Source of the DNA: Fonticula alba ATCC 38817
Lineage: Eukaryota; Protista; Nucleariida
Strand: one strand, 5' to 3'
NCBI GenBank assembly: GCA_000388065.2
Contig: KB932209.1
DNA length: 64,000 nt
The position numbers and the translations under genes were made by a program. Below are positions 24,075 through 38,309 of this stretch, one piece after another; position 1 is the first letter of the stretch; each line of letters begins with the position of its first letter. The notes under the pieces were generated by a model. The model saw nothing but the letters and a program-made list of their open reading frames with translations, was not told the origin of the DNA and did not search any database.

Positions 24075-25362
24075 NNNNNNNNNNNNNNNNNNNNNNNNNN
24101 NNNNNNNNNNNNNNNNNNNNNNNNNNNNNNNNNNNNNNNNNNNNNNNNNNNNNNNNNNNNNNNNNNNNNNNNNNNNNNNNNNNNNNNNNNNNNNNNNNNN
24201 NNNNNNNNNNNNNNNNNNNNNNNNNNNNNNNNNNNNNNNNNNNNNNNNNNNNNNCTCGCACGCACGCACGCACACATACACACATGCGCGCACACATACG
24301 CACACACAGAGTGATGCCAGTCGACTGGCGTCTGGCCGGGGCGCGCCGACGGGGCGCCGCACGCGAGTGGGGCATGGCCCAATCAGCCGGGCCGAGGAGC
24401 ACGCCACCGTCCTTGGAACGTTGCCGGTAATCACTGACACGCAAGCAGGCTTGCTGTCCACATGCGTGTACATCGACACCAGAACAGCACGATAAAACAC
24501 CAGCCGCGGGCAGATACTCCTCCCTGCCGCGGGCCACATGCCCCCGCCATCCGACAGCGGCGCGCCCCCGCCCATGAGAGACCGAGGACGAGGAACGCCG
24601 TGCCGGGGGTCTCCCGGGACAAGAGCGCGAGCCGGGGCCGGAACCGGGACCGGGACTAGGGCGGGGGTGCGAGGCATTGTGTCCCACCACCCTGGCTGGT
24701 GTCCAGGACAAGAACCGCGGAATAGTGTTTCATCCCAGCGGGCGTGTGACCTGCATTTTTGCGCGTGATCTCGGGCCCCACCCGCCAATGACACTTCCTG
24801 AAAATGGTCCTCCCGCGTTGTGGCGGAAAAAGAGGACCAGCCAATATTGTAACGCGTAAATATTTTCCCTTTTTGCAGCAGCCGCCCCCGAGGCAGCCCC
24901 CAGCTGCTCTTGCCTGCGAAGCCCGGGGAGCCCCCCCCATTCAAGCCACCAGAGACGGATCGGCCTGGAGAACCGACTAACATGAGAAGCCACTTCGAGA
25001 GAAGGGAGCTGCCGAAGCCGGCAGGGGCCCACTTTGCCAGCAAGGGCTTTCATGCGCATCCCTCCCCACACCCGCCCATCAAATAGAGGCGCCAGGCTGG
25101 CGACCCAGATAGTGGATGCGATCTAGATCTCCCCCCCCCCCCCCCCCACCCCGTCTCTCCCGCCGGTGGTTGTCCGCTCATCTGTCTATCCCTTCCTCCC
25201 CCTCCCTCTCCCTCGCAGCCCTCCCTCTTCCACATCCCCCTCCCTCTTCCACATCCCCCCCCCCTTCTCCTTGCTGTCTCCCCTCCTCCCCCTGGCCTTC
25301 TCGCTCGGCGAGGTGCCCGCCCCCTGCCCTGCCCTGGCGATCCCCAGGGAGGCTCCCATCCC

Positions 25363-28300
25363 ATGATGGACTCACTGCCGGTGCCCCCGGTCCAGGTGCT
25401 GGCCATGTCCTCCCTGCCGGATGTCGGGGGTGCCTTTGCGCCCATCACCACACACGATGCCGGTGCGTGCTTGCCTGTCTGCCTCCCCCCCCTCCCCCCC
25501 CCCTCCCGGCCTCCCGGCCTCCCGGCCACCTCTCATGCACTCTGACCACACGTCCATCCAGCCTACTGGGCGCCGGACAGCGAGTATCGCGCCTTTGCGG
25601 CCGGGCTCCAGAAAACCCTGGCGGCATTTGACACGGCACGCGAGTGGGCCGATCTGTCGGCCTTCGTCCGGCGCCTGAGCCGGCTGCTGCGTGCCTTCCA
25701 GCAATCGGTCGCCGCTCGCGGCTGCACCATGGCCGGGGATCTCCTGCCCGCGGCCGGGGATCTGCTGCTGGTGCTGGACCCGGCGCGTCGCCATTCGACC
25801 CATGCCCTCCTCAGTGAGGAGAGCGATCTGGGCCTGGACCTGGACCCGGGCTCCGGAGCCCCCGCCGGCTGGCTGTCCCTCCGGCCACCGGGGGCGGCGG
25901 CGCCCGGCGGCGGGGCTTCCTCCGCCCCGACTGCCTCCTCCTCTTCCAGCGGCGAGGGGGCCCTGCCCTCGGTGGCCAACGGCGGGGTGGATTCAACCCG
26001 GCCGGCATACCCTGGCGCGCCGGTCCCGGACCCGGTGGGCCTGGCCCGACGCCTAGCCCAGTGTCTGCACCCGGCCCTGCCGAGTGGCGTTCATCTCGAG
26101 GCTTTGGCCGCTTACCAGAGCCTCTTCAGCCTCATTGGCGTGCGTGTTGGCTGGCTCCCCTTTGCCGGCGGTCCTTTTGCGTCTGCCGATTGGTGTTCAC
26201 CTCTCTCCCCCCCCCACCCCCCCCCCGTACCTCCCCTGCGCTTCATTCCTCTGTCCGCTGTTGCTCCGGCACCCCCCCCTCCCCCCCTCATGGCGTAGCC
26301 CATTCGTCTGGCGCGCGACCTCGATGTCTGTCTGTCCGGCTTGTTGGTGACCACGTTGACGGCCGGCGCGCCGCAGCCCGGCGCCGGGGCCCCCTCATCC
26401 GGGGCCCCGGCCGGAGCGCGCTTCCTCCCCTCGGTCCGCGAGTTGGCCGGGCTGGTGCCGCGGGATCGGCTCACCTCGGCCCTGCCAGGCACATTGCTGG
26501 CCGGCGTGGGCCAGGTCCTTGGCCGCCATAGCGATCCGCACCTGCAGCAGGCCGGCAGCCCGGCCTACGGCGGCGGCGGGGGGTATGGCGGCGTGGCGGC
26601 CCACATTCGGCCGCAGTTGGTGCGGATCTTGGGCTCGGCCGTGCGTGCAAGTCGATCGGTCTACCTGCGCACCCGGCTCCCCGCGAATGCCGGGCCAATG
26701 GCGACGACTTCCCCCACGGCGGAGGCCCCCTCCGACACGTCTGGCGGCCTGGTGCTGGTGCCGATCGGGGCGGCGGCGCTGCAGGCTGCCTCGGTCGCCC
26801 TGACCCTGGCCCTGTTGCCGGGGCTTCTGGAAGACGACCTCGTTGGCGAAGACGCGGCCGGAGCGCCGGCTGCCGCGGCAACCGCCGGGCCGGCGACCGG
26901 CTCCTCCTCGACGGCTGCCACCCTGCTGGCCGACTCGCCGACCCTCTCGGCCCTGGCCAGCTCCGACTCCCCACCTCTCGGGGCCTCGACCAGCATGCAT
27001 CACCATCCGGCCCCAGGGGCCGGGGATGCACCGGCCCCCGCCTCGCTCGGGGACCTGTCCTCAGGGATCCTGCTGTCGCTTGTGGCCGCGCAGGCCGAGG
27101 TCGAGGCGCACTTTTCTTCGCCGGACACCGGGGGCGCCGGCCTGGCGGAGCAAGATCGCCAGCTGGATCTCCTGGTTCGGTCGGTCAGTCGGGCCATTGT
27201 TGATATTGGCCCGGGCCCGGCGTCCGGGCTGCCCCTCGGGCCGCGGCTGCTGCCTGCCGTACATGACACCCATGCGCCCGGGCCGGCTGGCGGCCTGTGT
27301 GGCTGTCTGCCAGCCGGGGCGGCCTGGGTGGCTGCGCCACATGGAGCGGGCCCGGGATCGGGTGGAGCCGGTGCCGGCGCCCTCCGCCTTGCCGGGCTGA
27401 CCTTCCTGAGGGAGCAATTGCCCGAGGCCACCAAGCCACTTCCGATGTCTGAACCTGCCCGAGGTGCCCTGTTAACCGCCGTCAAGACTGCCCTCCTGGG
27501 GTCGGTGCCCCACTCGGCCATCGGCTTCACGTGCTATGTTCTGCCGCCGGCGGCCGCCGGGCAGGTGCACGCGCATCTTCGCGCTGCGGCCCGGCCGCCG
27601 GCCGATTTGGCGTCCATGCTGAGCTTGACCGAGTGGCCGAGCTTGGCGGCCGCCCCGCGCGGGTCTGTCCACGGGTACCGCAATCCGGATGTCGGCCCGG
27701 CCGGGCGTCTGAAGGCTCCGCCCCCGGTGATGTCTCGCCCGGTCGGGGACGATGCGTCTCTCGTCACCCGCGCCGCATTGGACCTCATGTGTGACAAGCT
27801 GCCGTGGGACTGCCACGGTCAGGGGTGCGCTCGCAAGCCCGCGCGTTGCGCGCGTACACACACGCATGTGTGTGTGTGTGTGTTTGTGTCTTCGTGTTGG
27901 TGTTGTCCCCTCATCCACACCACCATGTTATTTTCCCTGGTTCGACTGCATTTAACCCCCTCCCCTTCCCCCTTGTCCCTCCTCCGGCTGTCTCTTCCCT
28001 CGCGTCGACATTTTCCCTCCCTCCATGCTGCCTCTGTGGTGCTCGGGCCTCTGGGGGCCTGGGCACACCCAGTCCCGAGAGAGCCGAGACGGGGTGGCTG
28101 GAGCTGGCTGCCTGCGCGGTGGCCGGCGTCCTGTATGAGTGCTTTGCCCTTTTCAACAGCGCGGTCCTGTGCTGCTTCCAGCCAGCCCGGTCCCTGGACA
28201 AGGGCCAAGCCTTTCGCTGGGACGATCGCCCCCCGGCGGACTTCACCCTGTGGCGTGTGGTCACCGGGCGCGGCGACCCCAGCCCCGGTGGCCCGGGGCA

Positions 28301-30781
28301 ACTCACCCCTGGCGACCCGCTATTCGATCGGCCCGTGTCGGCCGAGTGCATCCGCGGGGCTGCCATCTGTTGGGAAGTAGGCGCCTCCCCGGCTGTCACC
28401 CTTCCTCCCGATAGTTTGGCCCTCTTCCGGCGGCTATTCACCTGGCTGGACTCCTGTGCACACTGTGCCGCCGGGCCGGGGGCCGAGCATCGATCCCCCC
28501 CGGGCCCCTGTGGTGGCCAGCTGGTGGCCTTGCTTCTGCGGGTGCGTGGCCCATTGCTCCGCCTCTTTTCTGTCTTCTGCCCCCCCCCCCCCACACACAC
28601 ACACACTTGTCGCTTCACGCCCATTTCACCTGGCCGTACCTGACAGCCGAGGTCCGGCTCTGCCCCATGTAGCGCCTCGCCTCGCCCGCGGCTCGGGCTC
28701 GTCTCGCCCTGTTGCTGTCCTTCCTTCCCTCCTTGGCGCCGCAGCAGCTGCAGCGCCAGCAGCAGCAGCTGCAGCAGCAGCAGCAGCCGGACTCCCCGGT
28801 CCAAGAAGCGGCCCTCGCTTCGGGGTCCGCCGTTGAGTCGCCCTTCGAGAAGTCCGTTCAGCGGGTGTGCCTCTCGGCCCTGGTGGCTGAGGCCCCGGCG
28901 CTCACACGCAGCCTCCGTGTTCACTGTACACCGGCCGATCCGACCGCACTGAGCTATTCCTGGGAGCTGGTACGCGCCCGCATCGGCTCACGCTGTCCTC
29001 ACCACACGCCCCCCCCCCCCCCCCCCCCCCCCCCCCTCAACCCTTCACATCGCTCTTGCACCTGCTGACGCATCGGTCTCCGGCCCAGATGCATGGTCGT
29101 CTGGCCCTTGGCGGCATGCTCACCCGGCTGGCCTTGCATGTTGGCTGGCCCGCGGCGCTGGGATTGCCTCCGCTGGCCCCTGGTCCCGAGGGGCTGGAGC
29201 AGCTTCGCCAGACCTGTCTAGATTTGCTCTTCTTGGCGGACATTCTCGCACCGCACGGTGCCACCGGACGCGACGACCAGAATTTCCTCCTGACCCTGTT
29301 GGACTTCGTGGCTGGTGTCTTGGCCATGGTGCGCGCGCGCACGCACGCACGCTCCTCTCCGCATGCGGGTCTCGGCCCATCTGTCTCTATTGCCATCCGT
29401 CACGCCGGGATGTCACACACGCCCACTCACCTGGTTGCCTCGCTTCCATTCCCCTTTGTGTCCTTGCCCCGTCTTAGCTGGCCGAGAGTACCGACCTCAG
29501 TCCTGAAGGATTGGACTTGCTCAGGCTGCTGGGGTTCCTGGCCCGGCGAGGTGTGGAAGCCGCTGTCCCGGCGCCGCCCGGGGGTCAGTCTGGCCTTCCA
29601 GGTCGTGATCCACTGCCGGCGTCTTTGGCCCGGCGGCTGGTGCTCGCCACCGGACACCTGCTTGGCCGGCATGCGGATCTGGCCACCAAGAGGGGCTTTT
29701 GCGCGAGTATGATGAATTTCCTGCTGGCGGCCGTGCGCATGTCCACGGTCCCAAGCTCCTCCGGCGGTTGTGCCTTCTGCCATGTGGGCGGGTCGGCCGA
29801 GCGATGCCTGCTGGCTGTGATGTTGGATTTCCTCCAGGCACCCGGCACTTGGGAGAGCCCCGGCAACCCGCTTGACACGGAGCATGGGGCCGACCCGCGG
29901 CTTTTGCTGCGCTTGTGGATCTTGCGCTTTGTGGCCACTCGGCAGCCGGCCTGCTCGGTGGCCATCGGTGATATGCCGGCCACGGTGCTATCGGAGAATC
30001 TGGTCCGAGCCCTGGTCCGAACGGTACGCGGATCTTCCCCTGTCCTTGGGCGGGCCCATCATGCTTCGACTTGACTGCATGGCACTGACCACCGGCGGCC
30101 GCCGACGGCATGTTCACAGTGTTGGCCTCTATTTGGAGCGGGTGGCGAGGCCGCCCAGGTGGAGCTGATGGCCGGCGAGGTGGTTGCATCGCTGCAGTTG
30201 GTTGACACTCACCGGGCCCTGGTCGGACTGGACCAGCCGGCGGCCGGGGGCCTCCTTGCCTCGGCCTTGGACCGGGAGCTGATCGACCTCTTCTCGATGG
30301 AGGCCGCATGCTCGGGACCTGGGGGGCATTTTGTCTCGCTGGCCCACCTGCGGCTGTGTCGGTTCCTGGATTTCCTGGCGCCAGATCGCACAAGCCACGC
30401 GGACAGCCTGGCCTTGCCGATGCCGGCGCAGTGTCTCTTCCTGCTGGCTGGCACCGCTCGCGGGTGTCCGTGCGTGTGCTGCCCGCCGGGCCCGGCTGGC
30501 GGGGACGGCCCCCCGGCCGCGGATCCCCGACACTTCTCCGAGCGGCAGATCTGTGCCGATACGCTGGACCGCTTCCTGTTCGGGCAGCTCACCCACCCGG
30601 CGGCCCTGCTTCAACACAGGTACGTGACGTATGGCGGGGCACTTGGCCCTGTGTTGGGACATGTGTCCGCTTCTCTCTTCCACAATCCGACCTCCTTGGG
30701 TCCTGCACATATGCGTGCGCGCGCGCGCGCAAGTCCACCCACCCACCCACACCCACACACACATACCCACACCCACACCCA

Positions 30782-30849
<68 letters not shown>

Positions 30850-33800
30850 CAACTGTGCCGGCACGAGGCACATGGCAATCCACACTTGTCGCCCTTCGCC
30901 CTCTGACACTCTCATCCTTTCAGCGTGATGGGGACCATCTGTGAGGTGCTACTTAGCTCGGCTCCCGGGCCCGGGGCTGGCCCTGGCGGCGGGCAAATTG
31001 ACACGGCTCGAGCGGCCTTCTCGCTGGACCTCCTGGGATGGCTGCTTGCCTGCGACCGTCGAGGCCGAGGAACTGTGGCACAACTACGCGCTGGGGTTCC
31101 CTCCGAGCATGGGTCCTCCCTCGGCCCGGACGCGGTACTCTTCGACCAGGTGGTGGAGTGTCTCTGGCGGTGCGTGTGTGCCGCCTGCTGCTTGCTTGCC
31201 TGTCCTTGTGTGCCCTTTCCGCCGCTGTCGGCCTGCTGAGCCCGCTGCTTGTACTATTCTGTGCTGGGCTGGCCCTTTCACTCGGTGGCTGATCCTCCGT
31301 CCCCCCTCCCCCCCCCCCCCCCCTCCCTCCCTCCGTCCGGCTCTGCATTCGGCTCTCCTTCCCCTCTTCCATGGGCCAGTCTCACCTTTTTCCTCTCCCC
31401 GACGCCTGGGGCGGAGGATGCGGCGCACTCAGATGGCGGAGAGGCGCCGCGCATCCCGGCCGGTGTACAGCTGGCTGCCAGTGAGGCTCTCCGGCGCCTG
31501 CTGGCCTTGACTTCCGGCCGTAGCCCTCATGGTACCTCCGGCTCCCGGGCTTCCAGCGTGCCGGCCACCAGCCGTCGTCTGTTGGCCGTGCGCTCGCTCA
31601 AGGCCCTGGCATCGTCGTTTGCCGTGTCGCAAGCGGCCGTCACCCAGGGGGCCGGGCCCGGTGGCGCCGAGGATGACCGGCTTCTTGCGTCGCACCTGGT
31701 GCTGCACCTGCAACTGGTGGACTTGCTTCCGGCGCGGGCGCCCGGCAAGTTGCATGGCCGCTTGCCGGGCCCGGTGACCGACACCGGGTCCACCCTGCCA
31801 CTGTGGTACTTCCTGTCCGTGTGTTCGGTGGTGCGCCGGGTACTGACCGGCCCGGGGGCGGCCTTCTTCGCGGCCGTGCGCGCCGGGGAAGCCCCCTGCC
31901 CGGCGCTGCTCAGCCGGTGCCTGCTTCAGCGGGCCCTCTGGAGCGCCTTGCTACTGCTCATCGAGGGGCGCCTGGTGGCAGCACACCAAATGAGCCTGAC
32001 CCATATTGCCCCAGTGGAGGTGACCCTCGGGGCCGATGTCCAGGGGTTGTTGGATCTCCTGCGGGCATGCTCCCTGTCTGGGGGCGATGTCAGTGGGTGA
32101 GTGTCCTTCTTCCCTTGCCTTTGCTTTATTTGCCTTTGCGTTGCTTCTCGCCTCTGGTGCCTGTCTCCTGGTGGCCATTTGCCCGGCCCGAGCCTGACCC
32201 CATGTGCTTCATCTTTGCCACAAGTCCCGGGCTGGTTTTGGTCCTGGCAGTGCGGACCATGTCATTGCTGCATCGGATCGGCGGCCAGCTGCATGGGCCG
32301 GCCCGGCGGTCGGGCGGCTCGCCCGGCACCGGAGGCCCGCTGGACCTGGCCGGCCGGGGCTCCCCCTTTGACGCCATCATCGCCCTGGCCTGGGCCGACC
32401 GGGTGGGCCGGTTGTCGGACCATGTGTCCGACGCGGGGGACTTCCTCGGGGGCCTGTGCACGCTTTTGGAGGGTGCCTTCGCCGGGCGCCCGGCCCCTCC
32501 TCGGACTTTGGACCCTGGCCGGCAGGCGGTCTTCTCCCAGCACCTGGGCCTGTGCGTTGGCCTCTGCTGCTCCCCTTTTCGCTTCCTCCCGGCTGCCCTG
32601 GCTCTGGCCCGGCTGGCATGATGGTCTCTCGCTCTAGCTCTCTCTCTCTCTCTCTCGGTCATTCCTACCCACTCACATACCCTCCCCCCCCCCCCCATTT
32701 CCCTTTTTCGCCCCCTCCTCCGCCCACCCTCCAAAGCATCCTGGACTTGGTTCCCTTCTTCATGTTGTCGATCCCGGCGCAACAGGCCCCGGCCCGGCGA
32801 CGCGTGCTCTTCACCCTCGCCGGGCTGCTGGCGGTGGATGGGCAGTTGCTACTCCGGTCTTTGACATTGAACATGCGTGCGCGGCTCCTGGTGGCCGCCC
32901 TCCGGCCCCCGGTGGAGCAGGCTGCTCGGCTGCCGGAGGATTTCATTTGCGACCCGGCCACCCGGGCGCACAGTTGGATTCTCTGCTGGCTGACGAGCAT
33001 GGCCCCAGTGACCGATGGTCGGCCGCATGCATGTGGCCGGGCCCTTGGGTTTGGGTCTCTCTTTGGTCCGCTGGTCGAGGGTGTGGGCACGCTGCTGCTC
33101 CTCCTCCGGCAGAGTCTTCTCCTGCCGGTGGGCTCGGCCGGCCCGGCCGAGCCACGGTCGGATGCCCTGGCCGGATCTCCGGGCTCGGATCGGGGCCTGA
33201 CCACCTCGGGCCCGGTGCCAGCCTCGGCCGGCGTGGCCGACGCCCTGGGCGACAAGCCCGATGCCCCGGGGCCCGGCTGGGATGAGGCTCTGGCTACCGA
33301 GATCATCAGTGCCCTGGTGGCCCTGTGCAGTCATCTGTCCTCGTTGGCGGTGTTGGCCCGGGGCCATCCCCTGCGCCAGGCCTTCCCCGGGTACAGTCTG
33401 CCGCTGGAATACCTGGCCCGGCCACTGGAGGCCGCCCCGGTGGAAGTGGCGATGCTGCTTCGGGAGCCGGGTCGTCTGCGTGGCCGCGGCGGGATGGCCA
33501 CCAGTGGTCTCGGCCCCTTCGGCCGGCTGGGGCCCGATACCTCGGGCCTGGGGGCCTTGCTCCTTGTGGTGCAGACTTTGAGCATGGACCTGGCCGAGGC
33601 GGCACAGCGGCCGGTGGACACGGCGATCTTGCGCCGACGCCGGAATCCGAGCACTGCCGCCGGGGCACTCGCCACCGGGCCGGCTGCCATTGAGGCCCTG
33701 TGTCTGGAGGCCGGGCAGTTGGACCATCGGCCGCGTTTGGCCCTGGCCTGCTGGCTGTCCTTCCTCTCGGGTGTCCATCGGCTGGCGCGTGAGTGGGATG

Positions 33801-36661
33801 CGGCGGTGCCGGTGGAGCTGGCACTCTTCGCCGCGGCCGGCACACTGCCTCCGGGGCCCGATGGATCCCGCCGACCGGGCGAGCCCATCGCCGGCGCTCG
33901 GCCACTGTCGCAACTGGACGCCTGGCGCGGTGCCCGAGGCGGCGGCCGCTGTCCGGATGGTACGTGCCTTCCCGCCGGCGCCGGGCCCCTCGGGGCAAAT
34001 CGACCAGGCCCGGCGTCCGGCTGGCCGGCGGATGATCTGCCATCCGACGTGTGCGGTGCCGCCGGGCTGAATCAAGGAGCCGACTCGGGCGCCTCTGGCG
34101 ATGATGACCCCGCCGGGGTTGCGACGCCGGGCGCCGATGCCGCCGATACCCCGGCCGGCCCTGCTGGCATCCCGTCCAGCAGTGCCGGCGCTCCAGCATC
34201 CATGGAGAAGGGCCTGCCTGGTGCAGGCGCCGGTGCCGGTGCTGGTGTTGGTGCCGGCTCCGGCCGGCGCTTGGCCACCCTCATCTCAGACCCCTATCAG
34301 GCCTGCCTGGAGGCCCTGGTGACGTTGGCTTGCCGACGGAATGACCGCGTTAGCTGGCTCCGCCGGCGTCTTTTCCCCAGCTCGGCCAATTTACACGGCC
34401 TGGCAGCTGGCGAGGGGGAGCCTGCCTTGGCAGGTCCGACGGCCGGGGTCCCCTCTCGGCCGCCCTCGCCGGTGCCCGATGGGCCGCACCTTGAGGGTGA
34501 TCCCCATCGGCCGGCCATTGGCCACTCGACCCTCAGTCCCGAGCAGCTGGCCGAGGCAACCTTCTTCTTCGGGGCGCACGGCGTGGCCGTGGCCTCGCGC
34601 TGTGCGGTCGAACGCGAGGGCGCCATCCAGACGGCGGTATGTGGCCTCGGGTGGGATTTCGGCACTTGCGCGCGTGGGCCCTGCCTTTGGCCTCTTACTG
34701 ACTCTCCTCCGGCTATGGTGCTGCTTTCCGGTCACCGGCCTGCCACCCCCTCGCCACCCCCGGCCTCCGGCATGGCCTCGGCCCGGTGCAGATCCTCTTC
34801 TGCCTGGCCAACGAGCTGCCGGCCATCTCGCGCTTGGTGTTGGACGACCCGTCCAAGGTGGCCGACTTGACGGCGGACCTGGTGCAAAATTGCATCCTTC
34901 CTGGCTACCTACGGGCGGTGTGGCATGAAGGCGGCGACCATGGGCCGAACCAGGGGTTCGCCGGGGCCGAGCCCACCGGACCCGAGTCCGCCGGACCCGG
35001 CGGCCTGCTGGGCGTTCCTCGGCGAATGACCGCCGCGCATCGGTCCCTGGCGCTGCGCTACCGCAGCGCCCCGGCGCTGCAGCTCGCCTCGCCCCATGGC
35101 CATGCAGTGGTTTCCCTGCTGTCATCCATCAGCCGGGTGTCTTACCTGTCGCAGTGCGTCGGCCCTTCAGCTGGTGTGGCTGCCTCCGTGCCCGAGTCGG
35201 CGTTTACCTTGCTTGCCTTTGTCCTACCCCCGCCCCCGCCCCTCTCCCTGTTCTTCGCCATGCCCTCCGCCCATTCGCCCTGCTGACTACCGCCTTTGCA
35301 CTCCGCCCCACGTAGGGTCTGGAGCCGAGAGGTGTGGGACTTCTTCCGGTCGAGGCACTTCTTCCTGAGTGTGCCCTTCTCGCCGATGGCCGACATGCCG
35401 GGCAGCGACGCGGCGGATTCCGTGGCACGGCTCTCACTGCCGGCCTGGAAGCGCATCGTCCCGCTGGCCTCGGTGATGGCCCACCCGACCGGGCGCTGGT
35501 GGGAGGCCCTCAGCCCGTTCCACCATCCGACAGGCCTGAGCCCGGAGCCGGCTGACGAGACGGCCTTCTGGAATCGCATTGTCTTCTTGCTGGACTCGGC
35601 CGGCGCCGACGCGGCATACTTGTCCGGGTCTGGCGAGCTCCTGGAGGAGGTCTTCCACGCGGCGGCCGCCCATGGGGCCAAGACTCGCCCGAATGGCGGC
35701 GGGGCCAGCGCCACCTGCCAGTGGCTGTTCAGCCTGGGCGAGCCGCTCCCGGGCTTGTGCAGCCCGCACCTGCCCGCCGCCGTGGGGTCCCTCCATGCGG
35801 CCTTGCCCATCCTGCAGGAGAAGCTCGTTACCCGCATTCGCCGCGTGGGCTTGCTAGACAGCCAGGGGTTGATTGCCCCGGCCGGTGCTCCGCTCGGGTC
35901 GGTGCTTCCTCTGCGCCCTGGTCTTGGAACACATGCTGGTGGTGATGCCAGCCCTCCCTGTCCCGAGGGGGAGGCATCGGCAACCATCCCCACAAGTCAC
36001 CTCCTGGCTCGGCTGCCGGTGATCGACACTGTGGCTTGGCTGGAAGCGCCGCTGGCGCCGGCCGAGCGCGCTGGCCGGGATCTCTTCCTCATTTGCCGGG
36101 CGCTTGTTCAGGCATTCCCGGCTGACCGGCAGCTGGCTGTCCTCTGGCCGACGGTGTTCTCGCAGCTGGTGCGCTTTTCCTCCCTCCCGGGCACTGCCAT
36201 CCCCTCTGCCCGCATCCTGTCTTTCTCTCTGTCCCTCTGTCTTTCTCTCTGTCCCTCTGTCTTTCTCCCTCTCCCTCGGTCTCTCTCTCTCTCTCTTTTT
36301 GTCTCCTTACCTGCTTCCCCTGCCCTTGCTTGGTCTCCTGGCGACTGCTGCGCCCCCGGCATAGGTTCACTTCCTGTCATTGCCAGAGCCCCTGGCATCT
36401 GGAGGGGGCATCCCGCAGGTGATCGTGGCCGCGGCCGTGCTAGTTCTGCGAGCCGGTACCCAGCGGGTGGCCGATCGCGAGCACGGCGGTGCGGTTCTCT
36501 TCCAGCTTCTGAACCACCATACCTTCATCCGGGAGGTACCCTGGCCTGCCGGGCTGGCCCAGATCCCGCCTGGAGTTGGCCTGGCCCCCGGGGCCGAAGT
36601 TGGCGCGGGGTTGCTGCTGCGCTGGCTGCGCGCGGCTCTGCGCCCAGGCGGGGCTCCATAG
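25363..36661 (+). CDS. DOP1: Dopey/DOP1 family large helical trafficking protein (Mon2/Neo1 partner), many exons; internal boundaries and 3' end approximate
   Basis: Exon 1 (25363-25462) splices to 25562 and gives Dopey_N motifs [49 protein letters not shown]...LF and LARDL. Dopey C-terminal-like segments [10 protein letters not shown]...FF and LWPTVFSQL lie at ~35314-36170. The last putative exon ends at TAG 36661. Confidence 0.8.
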
Positions 36662-37066
36662 ACCGTGGATCCATTTTTCCCCACTCCCTTTCTCTGCTTC
36701 CGGCCTGCTTGTACATCGGCGCGCTCCCGTGCAAACACGCACACACATGCACACAGGCACACATGTCTCTATATACCTTCCCCCCCCCTCCCTCCTCCTC
36801 CTCTTGCTGCCCCACCAGATGTGCACTGATTGGCCCATGGCGCGCAGGGATCCGTACAGGACTTTCGGGAAGAGGTGGACACCACAGGGGGAGGAAGGCT
36901 GGAGGAGAGCCGAGAAAGGGCAGGCCAGCCGGGAAGGGGGACCAGCAAAGGAGCCGACTGGGCAAGGTCCGGGTGGGCCCTTGGTGGGTGTCAGTTCTTC
37001 GGGCTCTTGCTCCTTCGTTCCCCGTTCTGACTCTACCTTACAACGCCTTGGCCCTCTGCTGCCCGT

Positions 37067-37950
37067 CTATTTGATGACCAGATCGCGCCAGTGGGCATCC
37101 GGTATGAGGCCGGCCCGGCCGAACTCCCGCACCAGCAGGGCAATCGGGGCCAATTCGCGGCGCTCAATCAGGTCGAAGTACAGCAAGAAGCATACCAGGT
37201 GCACGGTCAGGGTATTGATGTGGGCCACCAGGCCTCGGCCGTGGAGCACGGGAAAGTGCGCGTGGTACGTGTGCGCCAGGCACCTGAGGAGGCGCTTGAG
37301 TCCAGGCCGGGCCACAGCCGAGGTGAAGGTGGCCGGAACCGGGGACCCGGCCTCCGTCGGGCAGAGGGAACGGTCCTGCAGCTGGGCCGCCATGGCGGTC
37401 AGGGTGAAGTCGATGTACTGCGGAGCCGACACGCGGGAAACCTTGCGATCGGGATCGGCCCAAAGGTACTCGTAGCTAGGAGGCGAAGGCAAGGTCAATT
37501 GGACGGGCCGGTAGAGACACCTAAAGAGCCGGGGGGGGGGGGGGGGAGAGGGGCCGCAAATGGAGGAGCCCGTACCACTCGCCGGCCATCATCAGTGGGC
37601 AGCTTTTAGTCGTGCACTGGTCGTTGACGGCACTCAAAATGATGTTGGTGTTTTGGAAGAAGTCGAAAAAGTTGGAGGCAATCCACTCCGGCATGTCGAC
37701 ATACTTCGGCTGGGTGACCAGGCTCAGGAGGCTTCCGCTGACGAGAACCGTATGCGCATGAGGAGCCCGGCAGAAGATCGGACCTGGTCCAGGCTCGGTC
37801 TGCTGCTCGAGCAGGGCCAGCGGGGTGATGGTCGAGGTGGGGAGAGACGGTGGGGCGTGAGGGGTGTGGTAGTGCCCGGAGTAGGCGTTGCTCTGAGGCG
37901 TTTGCTGCTGCTGCTGGTGGTGCTGCTGCTGGTGCTGCTGCTGGTGCTGG

Positions 37951-38045
<95 letters not shown>

Positions 38046-38264
38046 TTGTGAGTGTGTTGACTGGAGAGGATTGGGGTTGGAGAAAAAGGGATGCGACACA
38101 AGGGCGGCCTCAGTAGCGGGGGGTTGCTGCTGGTGGTGCTGCGAGGGGGGATGCTATTGCGCCAGCAAGGGCAGCCGACGGGGGGAGGCCAAGGAGCAAG
38201 GTTATGCCAGAACGCCAACCGAGTGAGTCAGGGAGAGTGTGTGTGTGCGCGCGCGAAAGGGAGG

Positions 38265-38309
<45 letters not shown>

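Noticed and set aside
36306-36313. CTTACCTG resembling the U1 snRNA 5' end
   Set aside because: It lies inside a DOP1 intron and has no downstream U1 stem-loops or Sm site.
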